A stretch of DNA of 64,000 nucleotides from a virus. The stretch's first letter is position 1, and every line of letters begins with the position of its first letter. Positions 28,884-38,259 of the stretch are shown here, piece by piece. A program made the translations under genes and the position numbers. Under the pieces are notes generated by a model. That model made no database searches. It saw nothing but the letters and a program-made list of their open reading frames with translations, and had not been told where the DNA came from. The DNA lies in the IMG/VR virus record IMGVR_UViG_3300042013_000056, positions 1 through 64,000 of that record. The stretch is one strand, 5' to 3'.

Positions 28884-29438
28884 TCAGCTATGGCTACGCA
28901 ATGCACCTTTACCGGGTACATGACCGCTGTTGTAACGTCCAAGGACGTAATCGGCTCTGCGACCATCTGGTTGTGGACATGCAACAATAATCCGCCAGCC
29001 TTTGTCCAATGCATCTTGCAAGTAATCAGTACAACAGTCATCGAGCAACAGCGTTTCATTGTAATGCGACAACATATTACCCGGCTGGTGTTGGTTACAC
29101 TTTTCGTTGTAATGGTTGTTGTCGCCCCAGAGACTACTACTTGAAACTTCATCAAGCCGTGCGGTGATTGCTGAAATCCGGTTGACCAGAGCCGCGTTAC
29201 CAACCCCGACATCCGCATGCATCTTGATCTTGAACTTGACATCGCCCCAGATTGTGACATCAACCAACTGTGTTTCCGTCAACATGAAATCCTGATTCCA
29301 TTCAGGAACAACAGATTTGATATGTTTGATATCAACTCCGATGTCTTCCAGACCTTGCAGGATTCGTTCCCGTTCAGCCTTGCGAGCTTCTTGGTCAGAC
29401 GAATACGGGAATTCAATATTGACGGTAAACACGCGCAT
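28884..29438 (-). CDS. Conserved phage hypothetical protein
   Basis: DCCTD.LQ.AL.KGWRII..CPQPD.RR.DYVLGR. Confidence 0.8.
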   Translation of the reverse strand: MRVFTVNIEFPYSSDQEARKAERERILQGLEDIGVDIKHIKSVVPEWNQDFMLTETQLVDVTIWGDVKFKIKMHADVGVGNAALVNRISAITARLDEVSSSSLWGDNNHYNEKCNQHQPGNMLSHYNETLLLDDCCTDYLQDALDKGWRIIVACPQPDGRRADYVLGRYNSGHVPGKGALRSHS

Positions 29439-29441
29439 TTA

Positions 29442-29867
29442 TTAACCCTTCGGAACCAAATTGACTTTGTGTTCGTTGTAGTGTTTGCGGGCAGTTGAAA
29501 TGATCCAAATCAAACCCACAGTCCAAATTGCATACCACACACCAGCAACCACATATCCGGTAAAGACCAGTACAAATGGTGTGATAATGGTCAGAATCCG
29601 TGAAATATACCCAAGCAGTGACTTTTTGGTCAACTGCTCGTACAAATCAATTTTCTTCTGATGATCATCGATCAACCACGCAGCCAATGTTCCGACACCA
29701 AACAGCAGTGTGATAATACCACCAATGCAACCCCAGAGGAACACCACGAATGATGCAAAGTTGCCGATTACAATACTACCGGACAAATAACCCAGAATAG
29801 GCAACCCGATAATCAGTGCGTGAATCGACAGGGTTGACACCCAATTAAGCAATGATGTTTCTTTCAT
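29442..29867 (-). CDS. Multi-pass membrane protein
   Basis: About 4 hydrophobic helices. Confidence 0.75.
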   Translation of the reverse strand: MKETSLLNWVSTLSIHALIIGLPILGYLSGSIVIGNFASFVVFLWGCIGGIITLLFGVGTLAAWLIDDHQKKIDLYEQLTKKSLLGYISRILTIITPFVLVFTGYVVAGVWYAIWTVGLIWIISTARKHYNEHKVNLVPKG

Positions 29868-30853
29868 TAACGGCGACTCGTAGATGGGCGGGAAGAACTG
29901 GAACTGGAACTACTCGAACGCGATGGTGTGTAACTTGAACGCGTTTGTGTAGTTGGTCGGCTCACGGTACTAGAACTTGAACTGGAACTACTCGAACCCC
30001 AACCACCCGAGTTCTGTTTAACCACCGGCTTTGAAGCTGTGGTAGAACTGGGACTGCTGGAACTGGAACCCCAACCAGATACAGCCGGTTTCACCGCTGG
30101 TCGAACCTGTGCCGGTTGTACGGTACGTGGTTGCGATTGACCAAAGCTAGCCACATTCGGCTTGACCGCTGGACGTTGAACTGCATTCAAACGTGCCTGT
30201 TGCTGATATGTCGGATTGGTGCGAACAGTTTCACGGGTCTGTTTTACAACAGTTGTGTGATAGTTGTTCACTACCTTAACGCGTTCACGTCGGTAGTCGT
30301 TATCCGAGTAGTAGCTATTCGAGTACGGACGGTGCGACTGTTGGTAGTTGTTGTAGCCTCCACCGCTGTTCATGGCGTTCGCCAGCAGCATACCCGCACC
30401 AACACCAGCGGCCAGCGGCCAAATCGACTCAGACACGCCACCAGAGGCTTGCTGTGCCGGTTGGTTGTTGATGATCACCGGTTGACCGTTAGCACCCTGT
30501 TGGTACTGGGGCTGTTGCACCGGCTGTGGTGGGTTGTCCCGCACAACATGCAAAACCCGGTCACCTTTCTCGTTGTAGCCGTAGTACGCATCTTTGATCA
30601 GGGGATCACCCTTTTTCAATTCAGCGATAACCCCAGCCAATTCCAGATCGTCGGCTTCTTGCTGTTGCTTGGCGTTCTGTTGGGCGATCAGTTCCAGTTG
30701 GGCAGCTTGCGCCGCCTGTTCTTGACGAATTTCTTCATCACTTTTACCGCAACCGGTAAGAACAACAGCAGCAATCATTAAAGCAATAAATGACTTATGC
30801 ATTTTCAACATACTCAAGAAGTTTTTTGTGTTTTTTGAGGAACTTGGTTTCAC
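29867..30853 (-). CDS. Lipoprotein with Ser/Gly-rich tail (start likely about 30801)
   Basis: Signal peptide plus LTGC lipobox; low-complexity C-terminus. Confidence 0.75.
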   Translation of the reverse strand: MKPSSSKNTKNFLSMLKMHKSFIALMIAAVVLTGCGKSDEEIRQEQAAQAAQLELIAQQNAKQQQEADDLELAGVIAELKKGDPLIKDAYYGYNEKGDRVLHVVRDNPPQPVQQPQYQQGANGQPVIINNQPAQQASGGVSESIWPLAAGVGAGMLLANAMNSGGGYNNYQQSHRPYSNSYYSDNDYRRERVKVVNNYHTTVVKQTRETVRTNPTYQQQARLNAVQRPAVKPNVASFGQSQPRTVQPAQVRPAVKPAVSGWGSSSSSPSSTTASKPVVKQNSGGWGSSSSSSSSSTVSRPTTQTRSSYTPSRSSSSSSSSSRPSTSRR

Positions 30854-31331
30854 CCAACTGGATCAGTTCATCAATCCGGTTGATTACATGGCGGCGGTCG
30901 TCACCAGTCATGCGTTCCCATTCACCGAGTTGTTCATTGTATTCGTTATACGCATCATCGGTAAACAGAAGTTCACCAACGCCGTATTCTCGGTTACCCA
31001 ACCCGAAGAAACTATTTACAGCCCGCCAATCGGTTTGGTTGTTGAACACTGGGGTGCTGTCATTCCACGACCAACCCAATTTACGGAATTCTTCATCAAA
31101 ACATGCATGTCCGATAACACAAGCGGTGAACCCACAAACGTTTGGATTGGCTGGGTTTGCAATAACATGCCGCCATGAACTCAAATCGAATTCTTTAATT
31201 TCAATTGGTTTGTCCGCATGTTTGCTATACCGTGGCTTTTCATCACCAGACAGTTGTTCAACCGCAACCCACGAACCGGCGATCATGCGTTCAAGCATGA
31301 CCTTTACCATTTCAAGTCTTTCGATGTTCAT
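30795..31331 (-). CDS. Hypothetical protein, paralog of 31331-31903
   Basis: FDLSSW..CGFTACVIGHACFD. Confidence 0.75.
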   Translation of the reverse strand: MNIERLEMVKVMLERMIAGSWVAVEQLSGDEKPRYSKHADKPIEIKEFDLSSWRHVIANPANPNVCGFTACVIGHACFDEEFRKLGWSWNDSTPVFNNQTDWRAVNSFFGLGNREYGVGELLFTDDAYNEYNEQLGEWERMTGDDRRHVINRIDELIQLGETKFLKKHKKLLEYVENA

Positions 31332-31903
31332 TATTCAATCACCAAATGTTTGTTATTGTCTGCATCGATAACAGATTGATACTGTTTGGTGAAAGCATCT
31401 TCTCCGATCAGTAACAGTTCGTCAATCCTTGATTTCACTTGCCCCGGCTTGACACCGTGTTTGATGAAATCTGGGTAGCTCTTTTCCAAGAACAGAACGC
31501 GGGAAAGATCGATACTGATGCCAAACAGGACCGAAACAGCTTCCCACTTTTTATCAATCCCAGCTTCATGAATGAGCATAGGGATTTCGTTGTACATAGA
31601 CAACCCAAGGTCTTGGAACCGTGGGTCAAAGCAGGCATGACCGACCGCACAGGCTGAATAGCCGCAGCTCTTACCTTTCCAGTTGGTTTCCATTTCAACC
31701 CAGCTTTCCAGATTGAAATGTTGAACCTGTTCCGGGAACAGTTTGACCGGGCCGATGATCAGTTTATGGTCAACTGGAGTACCCTTCCAAGTACCGGCGA
31801 TTACTTCACCCAGCATGGTGGACATGAGTTGCAGATTTTCGTTATTCATTGATATCAATCCGTGGGGTTTTAGGAAGTTCCCAATCAGCTTCAAGCTGTG
31901 CAT
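31331..31903 (-). CDS. Hypothetical protein, paralog of 30795-31331
   Basis: FNLESW..CGYSACAVGHACFD. Confidence 0.75.
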   Translation of the reverse strand: MHSLKLIGNFLKPHGLISMNNENLQLMSTMLGEVIAGTWKGTPVDHKLIIGPVKLFPEQVQHFNLESWVEMETNWKGKSCGYSACAVGHACFDPRFQDLGLSMYNEIPMLIHEAGIDKKWEAVSVLFGISIDLSRVLFLEKSYPDFIKHGVKPGQVKSRIDELLLIGEDAFTKQYQSVIDADNNKHLVIE

Positions 31904-32117
31904 GTCGGGCCAGTTTAACCAACCAGAAGAACATCAACGTACATGGCAGCCACAGGACAAACCGCTGCATGAATGTGATTGGATCAAATACCAGCACTAC
32001 AACACTCCAAAATACAAAGTATGCCAGAATTGCCAACCAGTAATAACCAGATTTCCAATCTGGTGTGACTCGCATCAATTTCATCATTTTGCAAATTTCT
32101 CGTTCAAACGCAGCCAT
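31842..32117 (-). CDS. Small membrane protein
   Basis: Two hydrophobic segments. Confidence 0.6.
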   Translation of the reverse strand: MAAFEREICKMMKLMRVTPDWKSGYYWLAILAYFVFWSVVVLVFDPITFMQRFVLWLPCTLMFFWLVKLARHAQLEADWELPKTPRIDINE

Positions 32118-32749
32118 TCTGCGTAGTCTGGGTCTTTTTCTTGTTCAATCTTCTGTGCCAAAGACTTATAGACAGTGGTTTTGCCGGTTTGGGCGAATTC
32201 AATACCATCGAGCCAATATTTCAACAGCTCAATACTACGCGAAGCCCCACCATCACCATGCGATCCACCATATGCCGCGTCGTCTCTCGCTTTACCAGCG
32301 GATGTGACAACAACATTTTCAATTTCTTTTGCAAGCTTGATTGCATGGGATGAATCATACACAGGCTTTTGTTCTGTTGCAAGCGGTTTTTGTTCAGTTT
32401 GTTGCACTGGTAATCGTGGGTATCGAGTCCACTCATGGTCATTCTTACACCACGATGTACCGGCGATGTCTCTAGCACCAATAACACCCGGTTCATCACA
32501 TGTTGGGCAACGGCCATAGATACAGTTTTCAGCCGGGGCTTTACGTGGTCGGGCATTGCTTGGAATAGCCAACAGACTATGGGCATGCGGCCATTTATGA
32601 CCGTTCCTGCAAAATCGGGTGCCTACCATGTCCTTAGCCATGTGAGTTGCCACTTCATAACAGAAGGGGCACATACCTAAATGTGTCGGCTGGTCACTGA
32701 TAAAACGATTCGGCAGGTCTTCGCTGCCATCCATCGCAATACCCGGCAT
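32084..32749 (-). CDS. Protein with two Cys/His zinc-ribbon repeats
   Basis: CPFC...ARD..G...C.NGH.W, repeated. Confidence 0.7.
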   Translation of the reverse strand: MPGIAMDGSEDLPNRFISDQPTHLGMCPFCYEVATHMAKDMVGTRFCRNGHKWPHAHSLLAIPSNARPRKAPAENCIYGRCPTCDEPGVIGARDIAGTSWCKNDHEWTRYPRLPVQQTEQKPLATEQKPVYDSSHAIKLAKEIENVVVTSAGKARDDAAYGGSHGDGGASRSIELLKYWLDGIEFAQTGKTTVYKSLAQKIEQEKDPDYAEWLRLNEKFAK

Positions 32750-33225
32750 TATTGTTTCACCAAAATCAACGGCAGATCAGAACCTTCGAAGGTCGAGCGG
32801 ATGATTTCTTCAATCACCGACCATGTACCATTGCCTAACCCGGCACCGATCAACGGGAACAGAACGCGTTCAATATTGGTATTGAATGCCAAACGACGGA
32901 TAACCTTGAACGAATCTTCGATTGCATCATATGACACATAACGAACATTCGGGTCACGACCGAAGTTCTCTTGGGTAATTGCGTTCAACACCCAGATTTT
33001 ATCTGGTGTATCAAAATAAGGAATCACTGTTCCCATGAACAGTTTGTTGCCTTGGTTGAAATACGCACTACGGTATGCTTCATATGCACCCGGATAGATT
33101 TCACGAACACCAGCGGCCACACCGGAACCCATTACACCTTGAGCATTACAGCCATGAACCATGGCGTCACCCGGTGACAACAGTTTGAAAATATCACCTT
33201 TAACGGTGGAAATAGTTTTAGACAC
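32749..33225 (-). CDS. Macrodomain ADP-ribosyl hydrolase
   Basis: VKGDIF, VHGCNAQGVMGSGVA, PLIGAGLG.G.W. Confidence 0.92.
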   Translation of the reverse strand: MSKTISTVKGDIFKLLSPGDAMVHGCNAQGVMGSGVAAGVREIYPGAYEAYRSAYFNQGNKLFMGTVIPYFDTPDKIWVLNAITQENFGRDPNVRYVSYDAIEDSFKVIRRLAFNTNIERVLFPLIGAGLGNGTWSVIEEIIRSTFEGSDLPLILVKQ

Positions 33226-33382
33226 GTCTTACTCCTTCAAGTCTTAATAATCGCTCGGAATGTAACCAGCTTTGATAAGCTTCTAGTGGTGTATTGCCCA
33301 ATCCAGAATCAAGCACACTAAAACTACCGATGTAACATATCCACCAACCATCATTGATTAGTTTTATGTGTGGTTTCTGCAT
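33218..33382 (-). CDS. Small protein (54 aa)
   Basis: Not in track: MQKPHIKLINDGWWIC...GLGNTPLEAYQSW; AAGGAG SD. Confidence 0.65.
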   Translation of the reverse strand: MQKPHIKLINDGWWICYIGSFSVLDSGLGNTPLEAYQSWLHSERLLRLEGVRRV

Positions 33383-33454
33383 TGATACAACTCCTTGTTT
33401 GATAAAAGAAAAGCCGGATATAAACCCGGCTTTTGGTCGAACTAGTTTTGAGAC

Positions 33455-34159
33455 TTAGGCAATAACCCAAGTTTTTTCGGTTGGTGTACCGGCATCTTGT
33501 TTCAGAATCGAAATGCCGTGGGTGGACTTGATGGTCCAGTTCAGTTGGTTGAAGCTTGGAACTTGTGCTTTAACCGCAGCGGCCACGTCAAATGGTACGG
33601 TGATGGTAACCTTGGCGCTGGTTTTCAGGTCAACAACGGTTACGTCTGCGAACTTCGGTTTGTTTTCCGATTCAACCAATTGACGAATTTGTTTCGCCAA
33701 CGATTGGGACACATAGCCCAGACGGTCGTAGTTCAGGTACACCGCGACTTTCGGTTGTGGTGCCGGGGCTGTATCAGCCTTGACAGCGGTGGTCAGCTTG
33801 CTTGCGGCTGGCTTGACCTTCACCGGGGCAACAGCAGTTGTACCAACGGACTTGATCAGACTCAGCCCGGTAACGCGGTAGGTATTTTCTGTGTAGTTCG
33901 CGGTGACCAGCGACAGGGTAACGCTCAGGTTTTGGCGAGCGGCGGCATCAACCACACGTTCGATTGACTTGGCTTGACCGGTTGCACGAACGAACAGGTT
34001 CAGGTGATCGCGGCGGCTATCGTATTTGATACGAATATCAGTGAACTTGCCGGATTTGGTCAGAGCTTCTTTCAGCGCGTTGCGCAGGTTGAAATCCAGA
34101 GCCAGAGAAACGGTTGCTTGGGTGGACAGTTGAGCTTTCAGGCGTTGGGTAGCGGACAT
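33455..34159 (-). CDS. Basic protein with strongly biased codon use, function unknown
   Basis: Own promoter (34220-34250) and terminator. Confidence 0.8.
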   Translation of the reverse strand: MSATQRLKAQLSTQATVSLALDFNLRNALKEALTKSGKFTDIRIKYDSRRDHLNLFVRATGQAKSIERVVDAAARQNLSVTLSLVTANYTENTYRVTGLSLIKSVGTTAVAPVKVKPAASKLTTAVKADTAPAPQPKVAVYLNYDRLGYVSQSLAKQIRQLVESENKPKFADVTVVDLKTSAKVTITVPFDVAAAVKAQVPSFNQLNWTIKSTHGISILKQDAGTPTEKTWVIA

Positions 34160-34234
34160 CTTTAGGTATTCCTCACATGGTTTGAGTTGAAACAGTGGTT
34201 GTTCTGTTTCGTTGGATGAATCATACGACGTTTG

Positions 34235-34360
34235 GTGGTCGATCTAAACATTGGAACAGATTTATTTGGTCGAAGGAGTTTCCAGAACATGACCAAATCG
34301 GTCGAACTAGTTTCCGGTGGAGACACTTTTGGTGGACATAGTTTTGGTCGAGATAGTTTT
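34235..34360. repeat. Cluster of ~15-bp GGT(C/G)GAnnTAGTTT units
   Basis: Copies near 34236, 34265, 34299, 34316, 34327 and 34342; also 33431 and 28866. Confidence 0.7.
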
Positions 34361-34631
34361 GAGCTGAATGTTTAATATCCCAAAAAAGTGTGATACCCTA
34401 GAATCTTATTCTGCCGAAAATTCCGATATACCAATCTTATTCAACCCTAATTCACCCCTTCCTGTACCGGTTTGCCTTCCTATATAGAAGCTTTCAAACC
34501 ACACCAACAAAACTCTATGCATATAGATAGCAGCCACAGGCTGCACAGCTTCACAGAAGCTGTTCTATTCCAATAAATTGCTTCCTTTCTTTATAGGTTC
34601 TGTTTCAAAACAGGCTCAGAAGGGCGGATTT

Positions 34632-34820
34632 GATCAAAAAATGAGCAGCGGGGCGGTCAAATGCGAAAAATTCCCAAAAACCGACCCTGAATGAGACATT
34701 TTCGCATTTGAACCCCAAAATCGATCAAAAAATGAGCAAAATCCCGGATTTTCCAGCCCAAATGCGAATGGATCGCCCTAACCCCAGAAGGGGAGATGTC
34801 AAATAACAACCATTCGCATT
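34632..34820. repeat. Nested direct and inverted repeats in non-coding DNA
   Basis: GATCAAAAAATGAGCA x2 (34632, 34723); 13-bp IR 34657/34699; 10-bp IR 34761/34811. Confidence 0.75.
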
Positions 34821-34986
34821 ACCGGACGAACGCCCACCCTCCCCGTTTGTCTCCGGGTTCGTACCACCCCGCTTTCTGTTTCATGTCCAAAGTATAACAC
34901 ACCCGGAACAGAACACAACCCCCAAACCAAAATAATTTCAAACAAAAAAGGCCACCCGAAGGCAGCCCATTTGTCAATCATTTTGT

Positions 34987-36633
34987 TTATGCAGCGAGCT
35001 TTGCACCCATGGTATCCATTGAAAAGTTCCCACCACACAGCGGGTCTGTCAATACCAGAGTTCTGACATCATTGTCAACCCGCCACATAACATTACCCGG
35101 ATGGATGTCGTATGTACCGTTAATTTCGCTATGGGTGTCGCGTACAACTTCAAACAGGTTAATTGCATCATCCCCATTACAGCCAAATTCACGTTTGATA
35201 GTAGAAAGTTCACTATTTCGAAACGCTTGCATTTTACCGGCGTTTCGTTCTCTAAACTCGGTTTGTTCAACATCTGTCAGCGGTTCGAGTCGTTCAATCT
35301 TGGCGCAGTATGTTGTGCCCATTCGGGCGATTTTATCAATCTTCGGGAAGTTCTTAGAACTGCCGTTTAACTTGACGTTAACCGCATATGCAAACCAACC
35401 ATCCAGAGAATCGCTGTTACAGTTGACCTTATAAACCCAACCATCAGGCCCAAGGTATGCATTAGACCAGCAACCCTCACCCAGATAGGAAAACCCCTGT
35501 TCTTTTAAACGCTCTGTACAGAGTTGCACCGCCGTATGCATACGCCCATTGCCATAATATCGAACTTCTGAAAAAAACCAAGCAATTCGCTTCGCAACAT
35601 CAACACCCGGTTTATTCAGGTCACGCAAAATATCATTTGCAAGTTGTTCATAAATCTTTTTGAACTTTGCGGTTTTAAGTTTCCGCTTTCTATCGGATTC
35701 TTTCCTATTTGCTACCTGTTCGGCTTCCAGTCTGGCGTCTCGCTCTAACTGTTCAATCCGCTTTGCTTCGCGTTGTTCAGTATTAAGATGCGGGTCCGGT
35801 TTAAACATGTTTTGCCACGCACCAAACAAACCATCATCATCAATACGGAAACCGTCCAGAATGCCATGCAAGCCACCGACATGCACCGGATGTATCGGTT
35901 CAGCCTCACGCCATCCAAGTGTCAGCGGCGGCAAGGCTTCACGTTTGCGCCCATGGATCAAACCCTTTAAAGCCGGGTGACCATAGCCGATACCGGGTTT
36001 AACGCCTTGTGCGTCCTTCCAGAAGGCTTTAAGGGCTGCTACCGGGTTATGTTTGGCAGTTCTCGGTTTGATATGGTGAATCGGCAGCAAATCATCAGCC
36101 AAGATACGAACGTTTTTAAAATCGCCCATCTTGAACGCAAGTTGTGCATGGTCACGATCTTTACGATCTTTAGGAACTTTGAGCTTGAGAAATGGGTTCG
36201 CTACTTCCGGGAATTTATCAACCATATCATCCCGACACACAACGCCTTCAAATTCACGCGGGCGAGCGTCAAAAAATCCAGCCGGGTCAATAACAATATT
36301 TCGCGCAGGGCGGCCAAAACGGCCAAACTGTTGGTTAAGTTGCCATTTGTCCCAGATGTCACGCATGGGGCCAGCAATACCGGGAACACCGAATTTATCA
36401 AATGGATTTTGGACAACTTCCATATCAAACACAATATTTTTGATATCATGTTTTGCAAAATCGCCAGCTTTCGGCCAATCGAACTTGATATTATCATTTG
36501 CATTCATTGCAGCACCTAACAAACGGATTTGTTCTAGGGTAACTTTCGGACCAGTCAACAACTTCATACCATTAAGCATATTCGGCAACCTCAAAAACCG
36601 GAATTTGATTCGCCAAATAGGCGATAGGGTCAT
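34987..36633 (-). CDS. T7 gp0.7-like protein kinase with long N-terminal extension (start likely 36567 or 36579)
   Basis: LGEGCWSNAY, VYKV, DIHPGNVM, LVLTDP. Confidence 0.8.
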   Translation of the reverse strand: MTLSPIWRIKFRFLRLPNMLNGMKLLTGPKVTLEQIRLLGAAMNANDNIKFDWPKAGDFAKHDIKNIVFDMEVVQNPFDKFGVPGIAGPMRDIWDKWQLNQQFGRFGRPARNIVIDPAGFFDARPREFEGVVCRDDMVDKFPEVANPFLKLKVPKDRKDRDHAQLAFKMGDFKNVRILADDLLPIHHIKPRTAKHNPVAALKAFWKDAQGVKPGIGYGHPALKGLIHGRKREALPPLTLGWREAEPIHPVHVGGLHGILDGFRIDDDGLFGAWQNMFKPDPHLNTEQREAKRIEQLERDARLEAEQVANRKESDRKRKLKTAKFKKIYEQLANDILRDLNKPGVDVAKRIAWFFSEVRYYGNGRMHTAVQLCTERLKEQGFSYLGEGCWSNAYLGPDGWVYKVNCNSDSLDGWFAYAVNVKLNGSSKNFPKIDKIARMGTTYCAKIERLEPLTDVEQTEFRERNAGKMQAFRNSELSTIKREFGCNGDDAINLFEVVRDTHSEINGTYDIHPGNVMWRVDNDVRTLVLTDPLCGGNFSMDTMGAKLAA

Positions 36634-37210
36634 TTAAAACAAGTTGGCCATTCAACCGCATTACATTAGCTGTGTGAATGTCTAGAAACGTCTTGATAAT
36701 CTTTGCATCAATCCTATCGGGGTCAAAATTATCAAACATACCCCGGCTTACTTCGCATTCATTGGCGCAAACTTGCACGGCCAATAGTATCGCATCACGC
36801 AAATAACGATTAGTGCGGCTGGCCCCGTACAGGCTTTCAGGGCCGTCTATTGTCCATTGTTTTTGCAGTGGTTGGACTTCGACACAAAACCGCTGACCAT
36901 GTTGCACAAGCTCGCCAAACTGAGGCAAACAAGGGTTACCCGGTTGTTTGATACAAGCCAACATCCAGTTATAGAAACCATCATACACGCCGTTTAGGTT
37001 TGAATTGATTTTGTATAGCTTGCCGTGCAAACGCCAGACAGAACTATACATCCCAACCCCAACCAAAATATAGCCGCGTTGGTTCATTTCAATTTCAAAC
37101 AATTTCTGTTTGTTTCGCCATGTTCCACCGTCCGACCGAAAGCGGTCTATTTCACGTTGATGGCGAGCTTCGGCATGGGCGAACCGTTCAAGGATGTCAT
37201 TCTGTATCAT
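36572..37210 (-). CDS. T7 gp0.7-like protein kinase (compact)
   Basis: VGVGMYSSVW, LYKI, DIHTANVM, LVLNDP. Confidence 0.8.
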   Translation of the reverse strand: MIQNDILERFAHAEARHQREIDRFRSDGGTWRNKQKLFEIEMNQRGYILVGVGMYSSVWRLHGKLYKINSNLNGVYDGFYNWMLACIKQPGNPCLPQFGELVQHGQRFCVEVQPLQKQWTIDGPESLYGASRTNRYLRDAILLAVQVCANECEVSRGMFDNFDPDRIDAKIIKTFLDIHTANVMRLNGQLVLNDPIAYLANQIPVFEVAEYA

Positions 37211-37291
37211 GATTCAATTCTGTTCTAATCCAGTGGCGTCCATAATAGAACAGAAAGAAATAGAACACAACCCCCAGACAAGAAAAACCCC

Positions 37292-38104
37292 TTACGGGGT
37301 TTTTTTAACCTTTGCGGCCTTCGGCAGCTTAGGTTTGTTGATAATGGTTTGCTTCTGTCCATTCCAGCCTTCCCGCTGTTCTTTCACGGTGCCGGTAATG
37401 GTAAAGGTTTGGCCGATTTCAATTTCCTTGAAGCCTTGAGCAACCGAGTAGAACACAACCTCATTGCCTTCTGGCGTCTGTGCGATGTGCATCAGTGTAG
37501 GATATTGGGATTGGGTCCAAGATACGCGTTTGAGGGTCAACACCAGTTCAATGGCCTTGTCTACCTCACCAATGTAGCCGGGGAGTTCCACACCGGTTTC
37601 TTTGATGTAGTTGGTGGCGATGGTTACACATACCGCCATTTTGCCGTGGGCGTCTGTTTGCTGTGCAACCCAGAACAGATACCCAAGATCAACCACAGCG
37701 ATTTCAGCGGCGGTCATACCAGTGTATTTGCCAACAATGAACACACCGGCTTGAATCTGTTCAACCTTTTCAGCTTCCCATGCCGCTACGCGTTCAGCGT
37801 AGGCACGTTCTGAGGCTTCACGTTTGGCCGTGGCTTCGGCATCACGCACCCGGCGAATTTCGTTCAGCTCAAAATCCGCGTTGCCTTTGAATGGCAGCCC
37901 CATCAGAGCCGACATTTCAACCGCTTTAGATTCGGCGGTGTCCTTATCATTCGACAGGTTCTGAATGTAGTAATCATTCATTTCCTTGAATGATGTATCA
38001 CCCCAAACCACGGTGTCTAGGCACATTACGCGTAGGGTGTACATTGCAACTTTGTCACCGGTCGATATGAAAGTGTATTTTGCTTCGGAATTTGCTACTG
38101 CCAT
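37292..38104 (-). CDS. Phage protein with DUF3820-like motif and probable C-terminal OB fold
   Basis: GKYTG.T..EI...D.GYL.W; G.VKEQ....GQKQT. Confidence 0.7.
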   Translation of the reverse strand: MAVANSEAKYTFISTGDKVAMYTLRVMCLDTVVWGDTSFKEMNDYYIQNLSNDKDTAESKAVEMSALMGLPFKGNADFELNEIRRVRDAEATAKREASERAYAERVAAWEAEKVEQIQAGVFIVGKYTGMTAAEIAVVDLGYLFWVAQQTDAHGKMAVCVTIATNYIKETGVELPGYIGEVDKAIELVLTLKRVSWTQSQYPTLMHIAQTPEGNEVVFYSVAQGFKEIEIGQTFTITGTVKEQREGWNGQKQTIINKPKLPKAAKVKKTP

Positions 38105-38259
38105 GATCGTAACTCCCGGTAAGGTCCGGGGTAAGTCCCGGTTTGCCTTGCTTGTGGTTTATTCTACACCATGGTTTGATACAGTCAAGGGTTTGATACA
38201 AATATTTTTGAAAATAAAAAAGCCCCACCGACCGGCAGGGCTTGAGGTGTTGCGAAACG

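Noticed and set aside
34799-35038. 79-aa minus-strand ORF downstream of the kinase
   Set aside because: Overlaps the kinase 3' end and its terminator, has no SD, and lies in compositionally skewed non-coding DNA
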